Shown here in pieces: positions 51,761 to 64,000 of a stretch of 64,000 nt of DNA. Where the stretch lies: positions 39,494,001 through 39,558,000 of the forward strand of contig JAGIQG010000004.1 in NCBI GenBank assembly GCA_024679065.1, read 5' to 3'. Positions within the stretch are counted from its first letter, which is position 1. Each line of letters begins with the position of its first letter. The translations under genes were made by a program, and so were the position numbers. The notes under the pieces are model-generated. The model saw only the letters and a list, made by a program, of their open reading frames with translations, was not told the DNA's origin and ran no database searches. The stretch is from Sphyrna mokarran (lineage: Eukaryota).

Positions 51761-51919
51761 TGTAGTTGAAAAGGGAAAAAACTTGAAAAGGGATAAAACA
51801 ATGGACCACCCAGCATCGATTTAGGTGTCAGAAACAACAACAACAAAACACACCCAGCCTTGTTGTTCCTACAATGTCTGCTTTACTAACATCTCGTAGC
51901 TTTTACTAATTTAATTCAT

Positions 51920-53380
51920 TCCATGTGATGCCAAGGAATGGCTGAAAGTACAGAATGCAGCAAGGGCTATGAATTCTGACAACATCCTGAAAATAGTACT
52001 GAAGCCATATGCTCCAGATCCAGCTGGGACCCCAGCCAAGCTATTCCAATACAGCTACAAAACTGACATTTACCCATAAATGTATGTTTTGTCCAGGAAT
52101 GATCTGTCTGGAAAAAGGACAGTCCAATCCAGCCAATTATTACCCCATCGGTCTACTCTTGATCATCAGAAAAATGATGGGAAGGTGTCAATAACTAGTT
52201 TCAATTGGCATTTACATAGCATTAATTTGCTTATTGATGCTGAGTTTAGATATCCACAGTGCCACTTAGCTCCTGACCACATTATAGCTTTAGGCCAAAC
52301 ATGGACAAATGAGCTGAGATTGCATGTGGCATCAGGGGATTTTAGCAAAATTGAAGTCAATCGGAATCATGTGGGAAACTGTCCGTTAGTTGCAGTCATA
52401 TCTAACACAAAGGAAGATACTTGTATTTGTTGGGGGTCAACAGTCTCAACCCTACTACATGGTAGCAGGAGTTCTTCAGGATCATTTCCCAGGCCCAGTC
52501 ATCTTCAGCTGCTTCGTCAATGACATTCTCTCCAGAAAGAGAGATGCTCGCTGATGATTGAATAAAATACATTACAATTCACAGCTCCTAAAATGCTGAA
52601 GCGGTCAGTGTTCATATGCAGAAAGACCTTTACAACATTCAGGCAAATAGGTGGTATGTAACAGCCATGCCACAGAAGTACCAGGCAATGACCATCTCCA
52701 ACAAAAGTATATAACCCTTACCCTATGACGTTCAACAGTATTATTATTACTGAAACTCCACTGTTAACATCCTGGGGTTACCTTTAACCAGGAGCTGAAC
52801 TGGACCAGCTGTATAATTAATGTGACTCCAAAAATAAGTCAGAGGCTGGAAATTCTGTGGTGACTAACCCACCTCCCGTCTTCCCAAAATCTGTCAACCA
52901 TCTACCAGGCACAAGATAGATGGAATGCTCCTCACTTGCACTGGATGAATGTAGCTCCAACAACACTCCAGAAGCATGACACCATCCAGGACAAAGCAGC
53001 CCACTGAATTGGCACTCCAACGACCACTTGTAACAGCAATATGCACTATATTACAAGATGCACTGCAACAACTCATTTATCTTCTTTCAACATCATTTTC
53101 ATACCTGTGACTTTTATCACCAAGAAGGACAAAGGCAGCAGATACATAGGAACACTACCCGTTGCAAGTTCTCCTCAATGCTATAAACCATGCTGACTAA
53201 GAAATATATCACTGTTACTTCACTGTTGCTGAGTTGAAATCTTGGAACACCATTACTAACAGCATAGTCAGTGTACCTATGCCAGATGGATTGCAGTGAA
53301 TCAAGAAAATGGCTCATCACCTTCTCAAGGGCAATTAGGAATGGGTAAGAACACTGACCTTCATGAAAGAATATGAAAAA
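51920..53380 (+). mobile_element. Decayed non-LTR retrotransposon RT and 3' end (CR1/L2 group, distinct from HER1)
   Basis: KAMNSDNILKIVLK..AP, SNPANYYPIGLL, GVLQDHFPGPVIFSCFVNDI, MLADD; tail ctcaagggcaattaggaatggg. Confidence 0.85.
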
Positions 53381-56300
53381 GACACAGCACTTGTCACATA
53401 TCACTGATAACCATTAGCATGTCAAGAGGTCATATGGCATGATACTTGCCTGTCATCTTTGAATGAAGTGCTCTGTCTCACAGATTGATTTCTTAAAAAG
53501 TGATACAATGCTTAAGGATTTGATGTGTAAAAAGATTAGATGTTTAGGGGATAATTAAAACATAACTTCCCAGCCAGTATCTCATCCCATCTCCTTCATT
53601 GACTTCAGTAAAGAATAAAATCCATCAAAGTGTAGAACCAGCATTGCACTCAATCTTCTCTGCTTCTCAAAGAAAAAATTAGGTTAAAATTGCCCCCATA
53701 ATTACAATGTAGCCTGGCTGTAACTGTCCTTAGATTCTGTGTGAATACAAGAGGATTGTAACTGCTAGTTTTATTTATCGTTAAATAGTTGATTTGGGGG
53801 ACCCTCTGACAATCGTTTGTCTTAAAAATCTGTGAAGCAAGTCATTCAAAAGAACTTAAAAAAACTCAATCAACTAGTTTGTCTGCCTAACCTTTTCATA
53901 AACTGGCTCAAAGCGACTGTGTTACTTGAATTGACTAACAATTGGTTGTTACTGCTTTCGGTTATAAATGACTTGAACTGTGAATAAATGTGTCTGGTAA
54001 TTTGATCCACTAGAAAAGTGACTGACATAAACTATATTCATCATTTGAAAAGAGTGAGTGCATATTCTATTTGGCTAATGATAGACAATAAATTGACTAT
54101 TCACAGAGGGATTTAATTCCAAGTTATGCTTGCAGACAAGATTTTGCTTCAACTTATAGGAAATTTGACTTTGGGAGCTAACTATTATAATTTTTTTTAA
54201 AGAGAGTTACACTTAGGATACAAAACACACGGGGTTAAAGACAACAGTTCATCTCAAAATAAGTATGTCTATACCTCCAAAGATCTAGCACAGGCACAAT
54301 GGGCCGAATGGCATCCTGTTGTGAGAGTCTGTGTTTCTGCTGCTTTGGCACTGCAGAAGATTTCTGACAAAGAGGTGTGGCATTATCTTTTCAAACGAAT
54401 CAACCATTTATAAATAAATAAAATTGGCAATACACCTATGGCATTACTCACAGTAAGTGGGAAAATATTTGAGTTTTATGCTATCTAACATATAATGTAT
54501 AATCCAAGCAGTTGTTTTGAAATTATTAAACCGAACTTTGGTTGAGATTTTGTTGGGGGGAGGAATGGATTCTATGACCATGTGAATATTTGTGAAAAGT
54601 GTAAATCTGTGTAGTTAATGTTGTACCTAATATTTAGTTAACATTATTACCCTGTTTAAAGCCAAAATGAGCATGGTCAGGAAGGTGTTCTATGCTGCAG
54701 TTGGCAGGTAGGAGATGGGGTGAATGCACTGATTTGAGGAAGTTGTATGTGTCATCAATACTTGCGAGATTCAGTGGAAAGTAAACATCGACAGGATTGG
54801 GAGTAGTTTAAGAATTGTAGATATGATGGAAAAATGAAGATGGAAGGAATTAACAATTGCTTTAGAGGAACACAAAGTCCAAAATTTAACACGTACAGGT
54901 TGTTGCATTCAAAATGTTGTTTCCTGACCTTTTTCTGCTGCTTACATCCTGCTGATAATGCTTTCTTTTCATGGACCTCAAAACTTTGGGCAGAACTCTC
55001 CCACATCCTCACTGCCAGATTCATTGGTGGTGAGGGAGGCTCAAAAATCAGCTCAACACCGTCTTGAATTTACAGTGGGATCTTCCACTGAGGCCAGCAT
55101 AAAACTTGTTTGCATCACTAATGGAATGCAGACGAAGGTCCGACCATCCAAACCCAATTCTTCACAATCTGAATGGGAAAACACATCAGTACAAATGCAT
55201 TGGAACAAAGTGGCGCGCAGATGTTGGGACTCATCTGAACAATGACTGGGATTGCCTCCAGAGTTCAGGATGTAGACTGATGGCAACCCTGGGCCCTGAA
55301 ACACCAAAGATAGGGAGAGCATCTGCAGGTGCATCTTCCAGGTTTGGTGTCCTGGGAGGAGTCCACCTTCAGCTTCACAATGTACCTGAAGATCCATGTT
55401 CATTTTCAGGATGTCTTTCATCTTTCTTCTTTAGTAGGTCAGTGATGTTTGGCACCTTCTTAATATGGTGCCCATATAGAATGGTGGACTGCATCATAAA
55501 GCCTGCCTCGCCATGGAATACAGTGCAAGATACCTGGTTACGTAATTAATAAGTTTGTGGTCAGAAGATTTGGCATGTTTTGCCACCAGTTTCCAGAACG
55601 GGAAATGCTCCACATTCCTGCCATGAGAATTCCACCAAGTGAAACTCTTTTGTCTTTACCTCATCCTGCCATCTGTACACTTTTAAACCTCAATCATCTA
55701 ATCACTAATTTGCTTATCTCTTTAGCTTTTTTATTGTCAGTGTGTTGACCTGCACTTTGAGCTTTTTCTTCTAACTGAATTATGCTGTCATAGTTTGCCA
55801 TTCAACTAAGAATTGATGAACATTAGGGAAATTTGTGATTTGAAAATAATTCCCAATGCTCTTGTGTAACTAGGCCAACTCTGCAACAATGTTTAAAGAC
55901 TTTGTTTCTCATCAAATTTACAAATGAAATTGGGTTGAATCTGCATGATACAGAGATCAACAAATTCATTAAAGAGTTGAAACATTACAGGACTTTCCGA
56001 TTATAAATGAGTTCAATAATTGTGTTACTTACCTGTGAACGTTTTGATCGCTGTTGTATATTTGCATATTTATTTCTCATCTTCAGCTAGGCTGATCCAT
56101 TCATGCATGGAAGACATTTGTTGGATTCATGAAAAAAATAAGTTGCTGAAAAATTCTAATACAAATCAATTTTATCAGGTGAGGGGATCCCTTCACTTGA
56201 GGCGGAGTCAGATTCTAAACTTTTCAGCTGTATTTCCAACCATAATGCAGTCATCCTGTTTAACTTTTGGTATTCCTTGGCTGAGATTTTTGTCCATTCC

Positions 56301-57487
56301 ACTCTTGAGATAATCTGAGAGTGATGACTGGTTGATGCACAATTTGATTTCTCCTTCCTAATCCCAAACATGACAAAGAGCACAAAATTCTGCCATGCAA
56401 CTGTAGAATGAACTCATGATCATATTGAAAAAACATAACAGCTTAAAGATTTGTTGGAGCTGGGCATATTATTGTGGCTCCATTTGATATAATTATCCCA
56501 TCACCAATCTACTGTGACCCATCTACTGTGTTTAATTGGTAATTTAAGCAGTAAAATAGCAATTTCTTGAAACCCACAAGCAGGTTGATGGCAAGTTGCC
56601 TTTCTCATGAAGGTAATTGTCAAACAATATATAACATTTCACAACTCGCAGGGCAGCTCTTCGTCGCAAATTGCTGGATTCCTTAGACATTAATAATGGC
56701 ATGCGCATTAAACTACCCATTATTTTGCCAGCAAATTCTGGCCCAAATTGATACATAATCTACTCACTCTGGATATAGCTTTTCTTATTCTGTGAATGAT
56801 GTTATCCTCCTCACAGACATTCAATATCCTCCTCTATGGTAATTGATTTAGTAAAAGTGGATTTTTGTGTCTCTGTTTTGTCTTTCATGATACCTATAAA
56901 GTAAGTCTATCAATGATTCTTTCATTTTTTTTATTTGTAACGATTCCACACATTCATTCATTTGGATATGTAACTTCAGTTTTACCTCAACCATTCAATT
57001 ACCAGATAATCAAAACCAAACTGTTTTATTTCCAACTCGGTTGTTGTCTCTCTTTTAATGCAAGAAATAACAGTTTTTACTATTTTCTTTTAAATATCTT
57101 GAAAACTTGCTCTCTTTTGAGTTCTTGTCTCATGGCTTTCCTTAAAGCTTTTCCTCATTAAGCAAAATGTACTATTTGCCAATTACCTATGAGGGTGAGT
57201 CAGTGTCTTTTGCTCAATCCCAACCATGCAAACCAATCTGACTAGCCAGCAAAGCTAACAAAGAATATTAAAGGAAGTTGACATGGTAGCCAAAAAGTTG
57301 GCAACTCAAGAAAAGCCTTCAGCTGTAAAAGTAGGTCCGTAATATGAGAAATCTGCAGTGACCAGGGATGACTTGTTACAAACAGCAGTGGAGCTCAACG
57401 GAAGTGTGGATTAACATTTGGATGAAAGGAAGATTCAGGATGAGAGGATAAGTTTGAGTTAGCAAAGAAATGTCACACACACAAACA

Positions 57488-57742
57488 AGTAAAGTTTATT
57501 TATTAGTGTCATAAGTAGGCTTACATTAACACTGTGAAAATCCCCTAATCGCCAAATTGCAGCATCTGTTCTGATACACTGGGGGAGAATTTAGCAAGGC
57601 CAATGCATCTAACCAGTATGTCTTTTGGACTGTGGGAGGGAACTGGAGCACCTTGAGGAAACCCATGAGGACAAGGGGAGAATGTGCAGACTCTGCACAG
57701 ACAATGATCCAAGCCCAGGTTCCTGGCACTGTAAGGCAGTAT
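57488..57742 (-). mobile_element. V-SINE of the same type as 9663-9930
   Basis: aaagtttatttattagtgtcataagtaggcttacattaacactg at the left, V-domain in the middle and head ccaggttcctggcactgtaaggcag at the right. Confidence 0.9.
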
Positions 57743-59892
57743 CCCCTCTTAACTCAAAGATTCCCAAGTAAGGTCAAATTTCCGACAACACACTTCCAAT
57801 AAAGTTTCCAGGGAGCACTAGTCTGGAAATAGACACAGTCCTGATTCTCCATCCATAGGACTGTATAGATAACAGTTCTCACTTTGGACATTCTATTGGA
57901 GTTAAGCTCATTTAAAAAAAAGAGAAACAGAAGGGATGGCAAGTTGAAACAAAACCATTTGAAATACTGTGGAACTAGAGCTCCTGCCCTCTGTTTTTAC
58001 TGCAGTTAACTGTTTGAGATTCCAATAACAACAAAGAGTTTAATGTTACTAATTTTTATCCAAATATTACAGCTATTTGTGGGGAAAGGAGCAATCTAGA
58101 TGTATTGTGTGTGGAATGGAGGTAAAATATGATATAATCAGGCATAACCCCCAGTTACTTAATATGTAGATAGCGAATTAAGACAATTGACTCTGACTAA
58201 TCATACAAGTGCATACTGGATATGTTCACCACTAAAGACAATCCCACTTTTGACCAGCAATAAAATGGATTAGAGATCTATGGAAGTTTGTGAATTTGCT
58301 GAACATGGAATTGTATTTATATTAACAAGGGCTCCTATCTTTTGCATTGTTCCCATCCCATAATAGACACTGAAACAGTTATTAGGCAATGCGGTGTTGT
58401 GTGGTAAAGTGGTTAAGTTATGCTATCACATGTAGAAACTCTTTGGTTACAGCATTCAATCTTTCACCTGCTGTGTTGTCAGTTTTCTGAAAACTTGTAT
58501 TATGTCTTATGTTTGGTTAAAGATGCTTCTACGTGGAGGAGCCATATGAAACAGAACTGAGATAGCGAATAAAACTATTCTTCAAGGCATGGGTGCAGGA
58601 ACACAGAAGTTAAAACCAAAAAAGATGGTTCTTAAACTTGATTTTCCATGTGAAATGAAAAGCACAGATTTTTTTTTTCCAAATCCTGACTACAAAAACA
58701 TGGATGGTTGATACATATTACTTTCAATGCCATTACTGACCTGGCTGATCACAGGCACAGAAGTAATTTGAACAAAGGTTTTTCTCTTTCCTCAATGCAT
58801 TACATGAAAGCTTCATGAAGATGTCAATATCTGCTAACTAAAATTCTACAAAATGATCTCCATCCATTTGAACCAAAAATACAATATTTTAAAATCACTA
58901 ATAACCTCTTAGCATTCCATTCATTCACATTCAGCAAGTAGTAGTCACTAGTTGATTACTGGAAACTAATAGGATCAGTATACACACTGCAAAGTCATAC
59001 TTTTTAAAAGCTTATGAAGCAATATTTGAAGTGAATATTCTGTAGGAGATAATATACAATTTCACTTTGAATTTAAGAATGTGAGTGCATTTTTGTTTTC
59101 TCCTCATTCTCCATTGAAGGTGGGAACTCATGCAAAGTATGATTCCATTGATGCCAATGATCTACACTGCCTCACTTAAATGATTTTGTTTCATGTGTGC
59201 AAATAGTGGGTCTACTTAACCATGAGGGCCACCACAACTGAGATTGGGGTGTTGATAGAACCATTTCACACGCCTGCCCACTGCTATCCTGCCTGAGATT
59301 GGAGAGCTGAGCACTCATGTAGGGATTAAAATTGATAAGTTTTTCTGTTGTGTAACCACTCGGCACTTACTCACTCCCTGGTAAGTGAGGGCTGCAAAGA
59401 TATTTATAGAGGAGTGACAAATTCAGAAGTCAGAGGTCAATATCTTTATACTGTGTTTTTGAGTAGGATTTCATACACTAATTCATCTTTGTGTCTTCAC
59501 AGTGGGTAATTTGTTACAATTCTGGTCAAACAATGTTACTTAATTAATTTTAGGTCAGTTTTTCTATCAGAATGCTGTTCACTGTGTCAGCTACATTCCT
59601 GGATTCCAACAAGCTCTCAATGCTAGTTTTTACTGCCATCACTTGGAATTCATTTAAATTCTCAGTTTTCCTAAGGTGCAAATCCAACTCATGGGAGGAA
59701 GGGAAAATGGATTAACAGAGGTTCTTTTCTGCACCACTCAACTGTGATGCCTGACAACCCAACCAGGGTGCCTTTGATGGTGTCGATTAGATCTGTCTAT
59801 CATAGATGGATGAGGGTTCATGAGGGTGGAGGAGGAGAAATTGTTACGAATATAAAGTTGGTAAGATTGTCTGTTTTGGAATTGTCCCTTTA

Positions 59893-61636
59893 GAATGAAT
59901 GGTTAGGGTAAGTTTAGGGTCAGTCAAGGACAGTAGTAGGAAGTTGTGTGTGGAGTTCAAAGAGTAGGAGAGACGTTAAATGAATATTTTTCATCAGTAT
60001 TTACACAGGAAAAAGACAATGTTGTTGAGGAGAAAACTGAGGTACAGGCTATTAGACTAGACCAGATTGAGGTTCATAAGGAGGAAATTTAGCAATTCTG
60101 GAAAGTATGAAAATAGATAAGTTCCTTTGGCCAGATGGGATTTATCCTCGAATTCTCTGGGAGGCTAGGGAAGAGATTGCAGAGCCTTTGACTTTGATCT
60201 TTAGCTCATCGTTGTCTGCAGGAACAATACCAGAAGACTGGAGGATAGCAAATGTTGTCCCCTTGTTCAAGAATGGGAGTAGAGACAACCCTGGTAATTA
60301 TAGACTAGTGAGCCTTACTTCTGTTATGGGTAAAATTTTGGAAAGGATTATAAGAGATAGGATTTATAATAATCTAGAAAGGAATAATTTGATTAGGGAT
60401 AGTCAACATGGTTTTGTGAAGGGTAGGTCATGCCTCACAAACCTTATTGAATTCTTTGAGAAGGTGACCAAAGAGATGGATGAGGGTAAAGCAGTTGATG
60501 TGGTGTACGTGGATTTCAGTAATGTGTTTGATAAGATTCCCTGCAGTAAACTATTGCAGAAGATATGGAAACATGGGATTGAGAGTGATTTAGCGGTTTA
60601 GATCAGAAATTGGCTAGCTGCAAGAAGACAGAGGGTGGTGGGTAATGGGAAATGTTCATTCTGGAGTTTAGTTAATAGTGGTGTACCCGCAAGGATCTGT
60701 TTTGGGGCCACTGCTGTTTGTCATTTTTATAAATGACCTGGATGAGGGCATAGAAGGATGGGCTAGTAATTTGCGGATGATACTGAAGTCAGTGGAAGGA
60801 TGTTGCAGGTTTCAAAGGAACATAGATAAGCTGCAGAGCTGGGCTGAAAGGTGGCAAATTGAATTTAATGCGGATAAGTGTGAAGTGATTCACTTTAGAA
60901 GGAGTAACAAGAATACAGAGTACTGGGCTAATGTTAAGTTACTTGGTAGTGTGGATGAGCAGAAAGATCTCAGTGTCCATGTGCATACATTGCTGAAAGT
61001 TGGCACCCAGATTGATAGAGTTGTTAAGAAGGCATACAGTTTGTTAGCTTTTATTAGTGGAGGGGTTGAGTTTAGGAACCGTGAGGTCATGTTGCAATTG
61101 TACAAAACTGGTGTGGCCACACTTGGAGTATTGCATACAGTTCTAGTCACCGCATTATAGGAAGGATGTGGAAGCATTGGAAAGGGTGCAGAGGAGATTT
61201 ACCAGGGTATTGCCTGGTATGGTGGGAAGATCTTATGAGGAAAGGCTGAGGGACTTGAGGCTGTTTTTGTTAGAAGAAGGTTAAGAGGTGACTTAATAGA
61301 GGCTTATAAGATGATCAGAGGATTAGATAGCGTGGACAGTGTGAACATTATTCTTTGGATGGAGATGGCTAGCACAAGGGGACATCACTTTCAATTGAGG
61401 GGTGATAGATATAGGACAGATGTCAGTGGTAGGTTCTTTACTAGTAGTAAGAGTGTGGAATGCCCTGCCTACACAAATTAATGTAGATTTGCCAGCATTA
61501 AGGACATTTAAATGATCATTGGATAAACATATGGATGATATTGGAATAGTGTAGGTTAGATGGGCTTTAGATTGGTTTCATAAATTGGCGCAACATCGAG
61601 AGCCGAAGGGCCTGTACTGTGCTGTAATGTTCTATG
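59893..61636 (+). mobile_element. 5'-truncated CR1 (HER1-like) LINE, close relative of the copy at 1-1720, with several stops and frameshifts
   Basis: ORFs 60107-60601 and 60678-61160 are near-identical in peptide to ORF 311-1732. Complete tail agccgaagggcctgtactgtgctgtaatgttctatg. Confidence 0.96.
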
Positions 61637-63527
61637 TTTTAATATAAGGTAAAATGGAACAATAAAGGCTGTTACATGACCTGTTTTTTGCCCATTGCAA
61701 GTTTGAGTGGGTTGGTGTAAAGATTAAGAGGGAGTTGGGGGAGGGGTGCAGACTTCCCTACTGGGAAGAAGGTGCAAGTTATTCACAACTATAAACAATA
61801 ATCAGGGCAGTTATACTGAGGGTGGGTAGACTGTTGATCTCCAAGTCACAGGAAGGTTTTGGAATGTCAAGTTTTGCAGATGATTACAGTTTTTAGACTG
61901 TGTACTTAATTACCCAATAGAAAAGAAATAGGGGTTAAGAGGGAAGTTAATTAGCATTTCTACTTAAATACAAGACTCTCATGATTTATATAGTCATGCA
62001 GATAGGCTTTAAGAGGGGAATATTCCTTAGAAACCACAGTAGTATTGTCTTAAGATATCTCTGAACCCTCAGACACATCAAATTTGCATGCATCTGAGAG
62101 ACAGAGCAGAGAGATAATAGCAGCCAGTTTTTATTATTCATCTGCAGAATGTGGATGGGAAGTCACATTTGGAGTGAAAAGACCAAGTTCACGAGGATTC
62201 AGTTGCAATTGGATGAGTCATCCAGCTTTGACGAAAGAAAGGGATCTCCAGGATAATCCTCACCATGGAAGTCAGTTCATAGACTCTCCGCTGGAAAATG
62301 CGAAAGGAAACAAGCTATTGGGAGATGAGTGCTTTGGAGTCGTTGGAGACTGAGATACATGTAAAAATAGAGTAAAATATAACCATGGAGTGGGATTTTC
62401 TACTGGTTTAAAAGTTAAATGGAGATCCTTTATGTAGTTTAGAATTTAAGTTGTCTATTGAATAATGTTCAGACACCATTGTTTTTACTTTGTTTATTAC
62501 AATAAGATTTAAAGTTTTATTGTATGATCCATCCAGTTAACTACTGGAAATTCAAACGCCTTTACATTAAGACATTACCTGTCTCCATGAGGTTCTTAAA
62601 AGACACATTAAAGGCTTTAAGTGAGGCTTTAAAATATGAAAGCTATTGGACCTGGATGTTTAGATTTTAAATTTAAGTAGATTAAAACCAATCTGCAGAC
62701 CAGTTTGCAGGTTCTCATGTTTGCATGAGAGCTGATAAACTATCAGTATCCCAATGCAATTTCTCTGAAGCTTCAAATTTCCATAGTTTTTTTTTAAGTG
62801 TCTGAGCATTGGATCTCTGCTCCATTTCTGGAGATGTAATGGTGATCAATAGGTTCAAGGAAGAGCTCAGCTTGAGCCTTTCTATGCTCCCAGCAATTAT
62901 ATCACCCATGGTGGTAAGGTGTCTGTCCTTATTACTGTTGCATTCTGCTGGTAAAAGGTTAGTACTGCTACAGCATTAATGAAATCTGTCGGTAGCTGTT
63001 GAAGGACTTGTTGTTGACATCAATAAAGTTTAACTTCGCTGCCATAAGAATATTTTGACAGATATCATCTTCATGTAAAAACAGCTGATATTTCCAAGGT
63101 ATTAAATATCAGACTGTTAAATTATTTTCTTTACCTTGGACTTGTGCATTGATTTTTTTCAAACATAACTTGCTAAGATTTGAAATGAATATATTGCAGT
63201 ACAACATTAAGCTGAGCATCTAACAGGCTGCTCATGAGCCAGAGAATTTTAGATAACCATTTGGTCTGAAATCAAAATCATCTCTTTACACCATTACCAG
63301 CACAGACATATTCATATCAGAATTTCATTGACGGACATATTTCATGCGTGTTTAGCAAATGATTATGTTCAACATAATCCTATGTTTACTCCTTTACATC
63401 CTAAACTCCTATAGATTTACTCCTATAGATTTCATTCTGTTTAATGTTCATGCTTAGCTTGGATAAATGAATGAACTTTGTGATGAAAGTATCTTTTCAG
63501 GAGGTTAAGGATCAATGTAACTGAATG

Positions 63528-63612
63528 GGTGCCAGATGTGGCAACTAGAGGATTTTCACAGTAACTTCATTGTGTTGTTAATGTAAGCCTACTTGTGACT
63601 AATAAATAAAGT
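63528..63612 (+). mobile_element. SINE/LINE 3' tail, same family as 9850-9930
   Basis: gtggcaactagaggattttcacagtaacttcattgtgttgttaatgtaagcctacttgtgactaataaataaa. Confidence 0.85.
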
Positions 63613-64000
63613 TTATTTTTAAATTTTAACTTCATGATCATGATTCAAAATCATTAATGATAAAGTTTCAGATCATCTTGTATTGCTTTACTGTTGGCTT
63701 ACTATCAATATTAGAATTTTGAATTTGGCTATGACACATATACTGGAGAACCAATTCTGAATACATCAGAAAGAAGTATGTGTTCTACTCAATAAAATTC
63801 TCTCCAATGACTCACTGAGTTAATTTTGTACTACTTTTAAACTGACCCTGATAAGGAAGATGGAGCATAAGTCTGCAGAACTTAGGTTCTAGTTGTTAAT
63901 AACATGGAATAATTAATATTTTGCACACCTCAAAACTCATTGCTGTTAAGCTTTTTCATTTTCAATATGAATCATATTGCAAAATTGAATGCACAATATT

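Noticed and set aside
62040-62600. Possible solo LTR
   Set aside because: The composition is suggestive, but I could not identify TG..CA ends, a target-site duplication or a second copy.
38386-64000. FTO terminal exon 9
   Set aside because: No segment resembling C.SR..P..RPYW..PLPFDL was seen; it likely lies beyond the window.

Overview
Vertebrate genomic DNA, almost certainly from a cartilaginous fish (shark), judged from HE1-type V-SINEs, HER1/CR1 LINEs and shark-type Penelope termini. The window lies inside the FTO gene (+ strand). Two coding exons are present: 10010-10129 and 38261-38385, matching human exons 7 and 8 in length, phase and peptide. The rest is intronic. It holds many nested transposon fossils: CR1, L2, Gypsy, a two-gene Harbinger, a hAT MITE with target-site duplication, Penelope fragments and several SINE families. 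It also holds a 1.5 kb degenerate 33-bp minisatellite and several repeat-free blocks that may be Irx3-type conserved enhancers. The most unusual structure is a ~290 bp Penelope-derived palindrome (51091-51381) with a minimal hammerhead ribozyme motif on each arm. All assignments were made by eye and from recalled family motifs; no searches were run, and the boundaries of degenerate repeats are approximate. I found no convincing wholly new system.
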